Source of the DNA: Glycera tridactyla
Taxonomy: Eukaryota
Reading direction: 5' to 3'
NCBI GenBank assembly: GCA_965644265.1
Contig: OZ286464.1
Coordinates: 30,132,001-30,196,000 of the forward strand
Length of the DNA: 64,000 nt
Shown here: positions 40,450 through 50,900 of the stretch, in pieces
Numbering within the stretch: the first letter of the stretch is position 1
How the letters are laid out: the number at the start of each line of letters is the position of its first letter
Notes under the pieces: model-generated
The model's database searches: none
Told to the model about the DNA's origin: nothing
What the model saw: the letters and a program-made list of their open reading frames with translations, nothing else
Translations under genes and position numbers: made by a program

Positions 40450-41202
40450 AAGATGATTTAGTGAGTGAGTATCTACTCTTAGTACATCCTATCCATGCCC
40501 TATGAATCGATTCTTCTGTACTGTCCAAATTGAGAAATTACATGAGTTGTCAATGTGAAAGTGTTCAAAATATGTATCTTTTCATAATTTTTTATTCATT
40601 TNNNNNNNNNNNNNNNNNNNNNNNNNNNNNNNNNNNNNNNNNNNNNNNNNNNNNNNNNNNNNNNNNNNNNNNNNNNNNNNNNNNNNNNNNNNNNNNNNNN
40701 NNNNNNNNNNNNNNNNNNNNNNNNNNNNNNNNNNNNNNNNNNNNNNNNNNNNNNNNNNNNNNNNNNNNNNNNNNNNNNNNNNNNNNNNNNNNNNNNNNNN
40801 NNNNNNNNNNNNNNNNNNNNNNNNNNNNNNNNNNNNNTTCTTTGAATGGTAAACGAGAACCCGGGCAGACAAACCCGAAGTATATTGACCAAATTTCGAT
40901 GTGGGGCAATCCCGTTACCGATAGAAGTTGGTAGATATAAGGGGATTTAGGAGGAATTGCGGACATGTCAAGTATGCAAGAAAGAAGGGGTGGAAGATGA
41001 AGTACACTTCACGATCAGATGTGAAGCACTGGAACATGTACGCAAAGCCTCCCTTGACCAAAAATCAGCCGAAATACCCCAATTCCAATCACTAGCAGGG
41101 CATGAAAAATTGAAGACCCGCATGCATCCAAAGCATGTTAGAAAGTTTGCATCATGCCCCGAAGATATGTATATTACCAGAAAAGGCATCCTATACAACT
41201 GA
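40450..41202 (+). mobile_element. Second non-LTR ORF2 3' fragment of the same type, spanning an N gap
   Basis: SKLRNY (~40525), ILTKFRCGAIPLPIEVGRY (~40880), RTCQVCKKEGVEDEVHFTIRC. Confidence 0.8.
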
Positions 41203-41989
41203 AACTATATAGAAGATTGATGTCGGCCATATAACGAACTTTGATCTTAAGTACAAAGTAATAATATAGACACCCTAAAGGCTCCTTCATTTACACCTAC
41301 CCATAGTCACAATATACCCACCAAATGCCCAATATGCTGCAGACCAACCAGCCCGAGAAATACAAACTGAGAATATGTAACCGACCAGAGATACTAATAT
41401 ATCAAGACACCTTGAAACCATTAGTATGTATGCTATTTGAAACTGAATGATGACATTTAACACTGTAATGCGTTGAATATGTATATATACAAACGAGACA
41501 GAAACCAAACAATAATATACTATGTATTCACCTATTTGACCTACAAAACGTTTGAAATGTATATTTGTTTATTGTTCTTTGGAAATGTACCAGATTGAGA
41601 AGAACATCCAGAAACTGTGAAAAATCCTAAGGTTTAAGTATACAATATGAGACCAGATCACATAGCAGAAGTACTATAATATAGATGCAGGGTACCTGAC
41701 AAAGTCTAGTAACCCCCTCGTGGGATGGGAGGCAGAGGGAGATTCACACCGTCAACCATATATATATATTACATAAATGTTTATTCTTATTGCAGAGGAA
41801 ATACTATTCTTGCTGAATATTATACTAAATTTAATGCTGAAATGTTTGTCAAACACTATGTCTAGGTCAAATACGGTATAATCTAATACTTGATTCAGCT
41901 ATCCAAAAGCCCTTTGGAAGGAAATAAGACGTTTCTGGTCACTATTGAATAAATCTTCTGCCTCTCCGACTACTATAAAAACAGGTGAT

Positions 41990-43434
41990 TACAATAGTAA
42001 GCAATTTTTATCTGAAGAGGTTAATGATCATTTTAGCATGATAGGCCTAAAACTAGCCGGAGCTTTTGGGAACATCTGTCCATTCGACAATGCTCTCTGT
42101 TCTGCATAAAGGCGTTCCCACAAACGTCTTTGGCAATTTTCGCCCGATATCCCTTCAATCTGTTATTGGTAAAGTTCTAGGAAAATTGTTCATACTCAAG
42201 TATACAATTACATCTCTGAAAACAACATGCTATCGGATGCCCAATTTGGATTCAGGAAAAGGATGTCCACCGGCACGTGTCTACTATCACTGCTGAATGA
42301 AGTATACCAAGCCACTGACAGAGGAGAAGTTAGTGGCATCCTCTTCCAGGACCTGAAGAACGCATTTGATACCGTGAACCATGGAATGCTTCTGAATAAA
42401 TTATTCAAATATGGTTTGATGACACATCGGTGGAGTGGTTCAATTCTTATCTAACAGACTGGTCACAGTCAATGAAAATCAAGATGGCAGTATTGAGTTC
42501 CTTATCAGTTACAGTTGGTGTGCCCCAAGGGTCTATATTGGGGTGTTGTTATATACATTGTATGTGAATGATATTGCATCATTTGTATCACAATCGAAAA
42601 CATTTCTCTATGCAGATGACACTGCTCTAGTAGCTACAGGCATAAGCTTACATGAGGTGAACAATGAATTAGAGAGGGACATTAGGGTTTTAGTTGACTG
42701 GTCCAATGCGAATCAGTTGACTATCATTGTCAAGAAGTCGAATGTTATGTTATTGGGTACATCACAGAAGTTCAGAAGATGTCTGCCTCTAACAATCTCG
42801 ATTCAGGGAACACAACTAGAACAAGTCGACTGCTACAAATATATCGGGGTACAACTGGACCCAACACTATCATTTGAAAAGCATATATCTTATATAATAA
42901 ACAAGGTAAACCAACGTAGACAGGTACTTTTCCACCTCAGACCTTCGATAAGCAAAGACCTAGCACTTCACCTGTACAAAAGCTTGATCCGACCATTATT
43001 CTTATATACTGTTCATGTCTACGATGCCTGTAATAACAAAACAAGCTAACAGACTTGAGGTATGTCTCAACCGCTGTCTGACTACTATCAACATGTGCGG
43101 CTAGTCGTATCCAGCAAGTGAGCTACATTTCACTTTGGGTATTGGTCTCTTACAAGAGAACCGAAAAATTAATACAATACAGGAAGTGTATCAGATTCGA
43201 ACTGCAGGTGATTCACACCCACTAAGTCATTTATTCAAGAATGCTAATGATCATAGATGTACAACGTCAAGCGTTGATAGTAATTTGAACATCGAAGTAG
43301 GTAAAAATAGGCTGCATTTTACAGACAGAAGATCCCGCCATGGAGGAACATGCTTGTGGAATGAACTCCCATTAGAAAAGAAAGAGTCATCTTCACATGT
43401 ATCATTCACGAATAGGCTCCGTGGGATGCATTGA
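41990..43434 (+). mobile_element. Decayed CR1/L2-group LINE ORF2 (reverse transcriptase and C-terminus)
   Basis: Frameshifted pieces: NFRPISLQSVIGKVL, QFGFRKRMST, FQDLKNAFDTVNHGMLL, LYVNDI, FLYADDTAL, YKYIGVQLDPTLSFEKHI, LYKSLIRPLFLY, LWNELP. Confidence 0.9.
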
Positions 43435-45790
43435 GCATCCATACTTTGACCCTGTAGAGAAGGAATATACATATCATAAAGCAAGCTGGTATCATTGAAT
43501 GGATGTGGGATGCATTGAGCACCCACAGTGATGCTGTCAAGGTTGATGACGCTACATGCTTATATTGATGTTGTCTCATGAACTATCTGATTTATTTTTC
43601 ATATATTTATTTATTTTCATCTACAAAAGTTATCAATTGATTGATTGACTGATTTATTTATTTACTTGTATGATCAGCCAAGATACCAAGGTTCGATTTT
43701 CTTTCGTTTTTGTCTCTACCGAGTTTATTCAATCCGCTAATGTCAAAGAATGAATGATATCTGACTTCAACAATCTTGATCATCATGTATCATCTATTAT
43801 CATCAACTACCAGCTCGCCGTACTTGCTTCATCCTTCATTCTTCATGCTACATCAAGCCATATATCGTGAACGTTATGACCTGAATGTACTAATGTATGC
43901 ATAAGCGACTAATACGACCCTTGTGGTCCATTGTTAATCCATTTGTGTCTCATGCAATAAACAGTTCTTATTCTTATTCTTATTCATCATTATTACCAGC
44001 ATCATTACTATTATCATTGTCATGATCAATTTCATCATCGTCATCACCATCGAACAATGAATGTCTCCCCTATATGAAGGCAATACTATCGGTGGTATAT
44101 GCTGAATAATTGGAATCGAGATGCAATGTTTATACCGCGGTCGAAATTTGTGATGTAAACCTGATGTGATGAGAAAAAGTAATAAGATGTCGAGAAAGCA
44201 CAGGTAGTTTATATCTGTATTTTTGTCTGGCTTAAATCGGGAAGGAATCGGTCATCTTTTTCCCTATTCTCATTCTACCCAATCGCTCAATGACTGAATG
44301 AATTGTTGTGAAAGTGAGAATGCATGGAACCTATGGTTGGGAATGTAATGTGCGTGTTAGAATAACTCTGTGGGGAGGAAAATATGCACACCTGCACACC
44401 TCTCCCATGTTAAGATGAAATATTCTGATTTTATTTTGGAATTTTTTGATGACGCCCTCAGCGAGACTGTGGGCAAGGATTTCGTTCACGTGTATGACGA
44501 CATGAAATGTGATCACAAATATGCCAAATATGCAAATATTTCACGCGGTTCTCACAGTGCAGGCGTTGCCTCTATATCCATGATTCTGATTTGTTTGTCA
44601 GCTGCACATGTCTCCAAATCTACCATCTAAATGCATGTGAGTGGTGACTCCTTTCACAGAGCGAGCAAATTATCTGAAACCAGGTTCGATGATCGCCGGA
44701 GGTTTTAAACGAGCGTCATGTCATTAAAACTTGATCGGATGAAAAACGGCGGAGCAATCGTGAGAAAGGTACACGGCAGATCTGAACTGGCAGTGGAGGA
44801 TGGCGGATTCTGGTAGATGGAGTGATGCAATCAGTGATGGGTCTGGCTTTAATGGCCTGCTTGCCGGCAGAGGGCCTGATAGTCATATTGTTATATGGAA
44901 TCGATAGGATCTACATTCATGTATTCATTGCTATTTATTTGGACCCGATTATGATCTGTTGTCAAGTTTCACTAGCCAATCTACGCTACAGCCCGTATAG
45001 ACAATAATATCCAGACTTAACCGCAGGATGCCATCTTATACTGGGGGCCGCTAGATGAATATTCACAGATACAGTTGAGCCTGCCTGGAGACCAACTTGC
45101 TTACAAAGCTTACCCCGACCAGTTTCCGCAATGGTGTTGTCTACAGTGAATATATTCTAGACAAAAATCTTTTCAATGCAAGGATGATCTTCATAGTCAT
45201 CTTTGCCACTAAGTCTTGGTCTCATTTGAGATTTTCTTTATAATACAGGATGACAGGTCACGCTATACCTGATCTCTTTGTTCTATAACGAACAACAACC
45301 TTTCTGACCGGGGAATTAGTCGGTGTGAGAGCATGGTTGGGGAGCTGTTTGAAGCTGTCACTTCATACATGACGAAGTGTTCTCCGAACCTGATGCTTCT
45401 AAATGCTTCAAGTCCTGAACTTCGCTGAACATATGACTCTCCTCCACTCAACAGGTATTCTGGTTTATCACATCAACGACAATCCTGTCCATCCAATGGA
45501 CCATGATTTCTTTTTTGACTATCAAAATCATCACCAATGTTTCGGATACCATCTCCTATTGTGATGAGTGTTAAGGTTTGGTTTGGTTTGGTTGACTGTT
45601 TTGACTGATCGCAGTCCAGTACCACTGTCAGAGCCTGAAGGTTCTGATCTTCCCAGTGCTGCTGTAAGCTATTTATGGGTGACAGGTTTAATCTTGGCAA
45701 GGTGCAACCCTTTGCCTGTGATTGAATTTTGAACCTCCTCTCTTGTGCCTGCATGTGTGTGTATGCTGAGGAGGGGTATAGGTGTAGCTT

Positions 45791-46112
45791 GTTTTGTTGT
45801 CACCTATTTTAGCGCCACTGCTAACCTCGGACCATGGTTTTCAGATCCCAGATAGGCGCTCACACCATCACCCAGCCTTGGTGGTGTGTAGCTCATGCCT
45901 CTTTCCGTGTTTTGAGCTCAACACCGGGGGCCCAGACCACTTGGGTAGTCTGACTAATAATGTGGTGTGTGGTCCACCCATTCTGGTACTCACTGCATCC
46001 TCACAGCCTGTCGTGGTCACCCATCCCACGACTAGCTGCAGCCACAGCTGTTCTACATTTGGGTCAAGTGTGAAGACGCTACCACTACACCACTACACCA
46101 CGCAGCTCCCCC
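45791..46112 (-). mobile_element. SINE-like element, family A (tRNA-like A-box head, 5S-box-C-like body)
   Basis: Minus strand: GGGGGAGCTGCGTGGTGTAGTGGTGTAGTGGTAGC head, AGTCGTGGGATGGGTGACC, tail GAGCGCC...GGCGCTAAAATAGGTGAC. Homologous to 56510-56790. Confidence 0.65.
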
Positions 46113-46467
46113 AGGCTCTGCCGTCAGATGACGGCGACGATGATGAAAACAGGGTTGATGATGATGGTGGTGGCTTCATCAAACACTGTGGCATCATTTT
46201 GCGACAGCTACCTATCCGATGATGCCGTGAGGCGATGACGAGGGTAATGATGGTTGCTGTGATGGTGTTGGTTATGGTTGTGTTGGTTATGGTTGTGCTT
46301 GTGGTGGGGATGGGGCTGATTATGTAAGATTTACTTCATTACAAGGTCGAGGTGATACAGGGGCGGAACCTGGTGTCAGTAATAGGAACTGAAATATGGC
46401 ATGTTCTATAATCACCAATAGGGAGTGAGTTATTGCTCTCTCACATCCACACCTATGCTCTACCTAC

Positions 46468-46617
46468 CTCGGCTTGTCTCTCGTACTCAATCTCGATCTC
46501 TGAGCCGTTGAAGTAACGATATTCGAGTGGAAGTAGGAGATCCGGAAAATAGAAGCCATCCTCGCATTCACACTTGTAAGACCCTCGCCGGAAGCCTAGC
46601 CCCGGAACCGGAACACA
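46468..46617 (-). CDS. GPR158: GPR158/GPR179-like class C GPCR, internal exon (EGF-like Ca-binding/cysteine-rich region)
   Basis: ttgcag|TGT...GCCGAG|gtaggt; 150 nt, phase 0-0. Translates CVPVPGLGFRRGSYKCECEDGFYFPDLLLPLEYRYFNGSEIEIEYERQAE; GLGFRRGSYxCxCxxGFYFP is characteristic of the GPR158/CG31760 family. The symbol denotes the family, not proven orthology. Confidence 0.93.
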
Positions 46618-48544
46618 CTGCAAACACACAACAAGTCCGAGGATGCTCATTAGGGGTTCATTAACCTCGACCGTCAACGTTTGCCACCCGTCACTACTTC
46701 CGATTGGTGAAGGTTGTGTCTAGAGTTACCAGTTGTTAGTCACCTGTCGACCACTTCTCCTTCAAACAAACAAAATACAACCATCGGAGTTCTCTCTGAA
46801 TGCTGGCTGCTCAATACAGCGTATTGGTCGATCACACCATTTTGTATTCAATTCGCAGGTCGATGATCGAAGCATGGGGGGCCTATCGATATTCTTATAG
46901 TGAAAGTAAATTCGGCATAGACAAATTAGGTGAAAAGCTGTTCATGACCTGTTCACTTCCCGGAGATGTGAGGGAAACTGCCAGTAAATCGGAATTTGTG
47001 AGGTCACAGCTTCAAGAACGCAGGTGCTTGGAAAGTTGGAATCAAGGATCAATATCTCAAATGAATAACAAATGTAAATGTGGAACTCAAATATCAGTGT
47101 GGATATGAAATTTGAATGTCAATTACGACTGACAAATGTGAACAAAAACGTGAATTTCGAGGTAGAATGTAACTATTGCGGCTTATGGAATGCTATCCCT
47201 GGAAGGCTCAGCCGTCTTTACGATTACATCTCGTGAGAGGAATGTCAAAGATGAATGGGAGTCGAATACCGGTAAGGTACATATTTTTCACTCCTGATTA
47301 TGATCAATCGATTGTGGTTCAACTTCATGTCATCGCCATGTGTTATATTGTGTCGCCCATGCAATGGACGTGGGTGTGATCTCTCGAAACTCCTTCCTTA
47401 CGACCTCAATGGGAGGCATTAAATCATGAAATTACAAGTGTCATTTCTGTTTAAAAAATGTTGTCCACAGTGTTACCCTGATAACATGGGGCTGATGCAC
47501 GTGGCGTCAATTCCGTACGCCAGTGTTTATGGCTCCTGTGTTCCACAGTGATCGCTCATGATGACGTTGAGATTTGTGCTAGATACAGCTCATATCTGCA
47601 TTATATTCGTTCATTGAATTACGTTCGCGGAAATAAGGCAAAGATAAAATGCACATATATCATCAGGGATGACTTATCAGATGATGCCCGGAATCGTTTA
47701 CAGAGAAATCATTCGATCTGAACGGGTATAATTTGAAGAAAAAAAAGCAGATGACAATAAAATAGCACGCACAAACCAAATGATATGTCAGTCATGGAAA
47801 TTTGAATTAGAATGGGTTGGATGAATGTGGATTAATGAATAGATGAGATAAGCAAAGAGAAGCGTGGGCAATAGTGAGTCATCTTGTAATAGTGGAGTTG
47901 CCCACATTCGGCTTTTATCGAATATGGACATGTACTGTACAGCACAAACTAGCGTCACGAGAGATGTGTGTGCATATGCGAGTGGGTGTTGTTGTTGTTG
48001 TTGGGGGTTGGGGGGGGGGGGGCGTCTTCCTCAACCATCGGAGGGACAATTTCGAGTTGCCTGAGATGGTCTTTTGATGGATGTCGGTCCTGTCCAGGTC
48101 AACACTACAATCAACAGCAATTAGGACTATTGAAATTTCGGCACAAAGCAATGACATCAATCATGAACTGAGATGACCTCTTCCTGATGATTGGATCGTG
48201 ATCCGGGTAACTATTTCCAATGCAAGATATGAGTGACCCGAGAATCTGAGTTCAGTGCGTGATTTTGGGCAATCCATTGTTTCAATATAAAATGCTCCTA
48301 ACTGATGAATATCATTCATTCACTTCTTTTTGTTGTTGTATTCCCATCACTTTCGTTCGTATGATTCTGATGATTCATGTGTACGCTTGCAATCTCTGAT
48401 GAAGTTTGTGAGAAGAAAAATTACGATGAATAGACAATGTGTATATGGATACGGAGAAACAGGGTGGACAGAGGGACGATTGGATGGACGGATGAAAAGA
48501 CCAAGCGACCGACTGACCATACATAGATGGGTCGGTGGGTAGAT

Positions 48545-48645
48545 TGATAGTACACGTGGGTGAAGTAGGGTGATTTCGAGTTGGGAAGTGATAGATAGAT
48601 AGATAGTACATGTCGTTGAAGTGGGGTGATTTTGAGTTGGTGAGT

Positions 48646-48690
<45 letters not shown>

Positions 48691-48870
48691 TACACGTCGT
48701 TGAAGTAGGGTGATTTTGAGTTGGTGAGTGATAGATAGATAGATAGTACACGTCGTTTAAGTAGGGTGATTTTGAGTTGGTGAGTGATAGATAGATAGAT
48801 AGTACACGTCGTTGAAGTAGGGTGATTTTGAGTTGGTGAGTGATAGATAGATAGATAGTACACGTCGTTG
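48545..48870. repeat. Compound minisatellite: 39-bp core plus (GATA)n; 56-bp period, 5 full copies and 1 partial
   Basis: Cores start at 48551, 48607, 48691, 48747, 48803 and 48859. One interval is 84 bp because of 7 extra GATA units. Confidence 0.95.
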
Positions 48871-49489
48871 TGGATGTGTTGTCAACGAGGTGCGGTCCAT
48901 ATTGATGTCAGTGTAATATTGTATGCATGTCAGTTGAGTTACGGATGGGTATACTCCTATTATATCAGGCCTTCCAGCCCGCCGGGGCAGTACCATTATT
49001 AATACTAGGAATGGCGGGGTGACAAATAGAGTCCCTGCTCGACCCCTTGAAACATCCATCATGTGCCCTGTGCACCCTGCATCATATTCTCACTGGAAGA
49101 ACCGCAAGCTCACCAGTTGCTCCCCTCCCCCCTAGTGCCTGACCTGCTAGTCATAACTGGCATTGGTATTGGGCATTGACCTGTATGTTGGTCGTATCCA
49201 ATTTAGATCACCCTACTGCGGGCAGAATACATTCTTCGTGCGGTCATAAAACATTGTAGGAAGGTTGTTGTGCAAACAACACTGCCAGCATATCATTGTT
49301 GATCTGTGCACACTCGATACATTCGGTCCAAGCACGAAAGTACCAGCATGACAATACTCGACAACTATTGCGGGCTTCACCATGTAATTGAACTTCTATT
49401 CTGCTTTACAGATAGGTATAAATGTGATCCTAGCATGAGCAGATATTCAATCCTCTGATAGAACCATTCCATATCAGATCGTTCGAATG

Positions 49490-50900
49490 AAGATTTATAT
49501 TGGTTAGTGAGATCGGGTTAGGAGAGGAGGAACTTGTTGGAGGACGCTGTCCAGTGGGTACATCGTCAGACGTATAGCTATATTGATAAGCAGAACAACC
49601 TGAAGAAGATGTGCAACCGCGACATGAGTGACAATAATTCAGAAAATTATCAACGAGCCAGGGACACATATTGGATTTCGAAAAGAGATCTAAAATTGAA
49701 TACAGTTTAATGAGGCTCCGCATAGATGCAAATATGAATACAAAAAAACTCTGGGCGACTTCGAGATGACTGCCCAACAATTCGAGACTGATTCGACAGA
49801 TCTAAGCAAACTAGGAGATATCCCTGATCCAGGAAATAGTAGTTAATTCATAACTTATTCGTACAGGTCACAACCCCACACACATTTACAAAATTGTATT
49901 CTGAAAGACCCACCCGATCGAACCCCTGAAGGTGCCATGAGGTTCTGTTTGTAAACCATAAATGCTGCATTTATCATCGATGGAATCATTGTAAAGTGAA
50001 GCCACTGGTATGGTTGAGATCCCTGCAAGGCTACTCAGCTACAATGAATTGGGAGTAGCCGGAGTTCTTGCAAAAATTGCCAACCTAATCATAATCACCG
50101 GTATGCCTCATCTACAAGAGTGACAAACAAGATTAAATGTCCAATTATAGGCATGTGATTATCCTCACAGTGACTAGCAAGCTCATGCAGTGGGCAGCTC
50201 GCAACCAACCATCTCAATTTTAGGTATCAATGAACTCTTGTGCGAAGCAGTCAGGCGTCAGGAAGTGCCATTCCGCCCAAACATGTGTAATAGCAAGAAT
50301 GTCGGCGGTACAAATGAAGTTGTTTTCCTGGACTTGAGAAAGGCCTCTGATACCGTGGACCACGAAACTCTTTTGGTTTGAATTAGAGAAGTTTGGCATT
50401 GACAACCGCAGTATGTGAGGGTTGAGAAACTATTCCAGCAATTTCTCGCAATTTACCCGTGTGAAAAATGTGAACTCCAGTGTCTCCCCCATTACCTGTG
50501 GAGTTCCTCTGGTTCCATTCTGGGACCACTCATGCTTGTTTTCTTTATCAATGATCTGCCAAAGAGCATCCATAGTTGTAGTGTCAAAATGTATGCCGAC
50601 GATACGACCATTCATTCTTCAAGCACAAGTGGTGATAAAACAGAAATGATATTTCATCTGGGTATTACTGAGGCAGAAACTTTGTTCTATATTATTACAT
50701 TGACGGTCAACAGGCTAAATCAAAGTGGATGCTCTTCGGTAGACTCACCAACCTATGCAGACATGCCGACATAACCAGGGCCATGAATGGCATCATTCTT
50801 GAGGGTAGACAGACTCACATACCTTGGGGAATGGATTGAGAGTCACTTCATGAAGTGATGACATGTCTAATTTTTTCCTGTGACATATCTACTGTCAAAA
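49490..50900 (+). mobile_element. Heavily decayed CR1/L2-group LINE (APE remnants and RT, internally deleted)
   Basis: APE-like DRVRRGG (49511), LGDF (49751) and PTR (~49900); RT-like FLDLRKASDTVDHETLL, GSILGPLMLVFFINDLP and MYADDT (50320-50610). Confidence 0.75.

Larger units (their letters stand above)
1575..40837. other. Eight assembly gaps (N runs): 1575-1707, 5719-5855, 6344-6471, 23428-23565, 26528-26667, 28080-28225, 40271-40446, 40602-40837
   Basis: Seen directly; several abut simple repeats. The span covers the set of gaps, not one continuous feature. Confidence 0.98.

Noticed and set aside
1575-40837. Additional GPCR exons hidden in N gaps
   Set aside because: The five exons already join in phase, and the peptide appears continuous with the family pattern, so none is required. 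Alternative exons cannot be excluded.
46060-46112. tRNA gene
   Set aside because: Only an A-box-like 5' half is present, with no T-arm/B box or cloverleaf. Treated as a SINE head.
47915-48160. VDLDRTDIHQ as the missing upstream GPR158 exon (IDLxxxDIxQC)
   Set aside because: It lacks the required Cys after Q, the downstream GTxKC motif and suitable phase-0 splice sites. I found no convincing upstream exon in 46618-64000.
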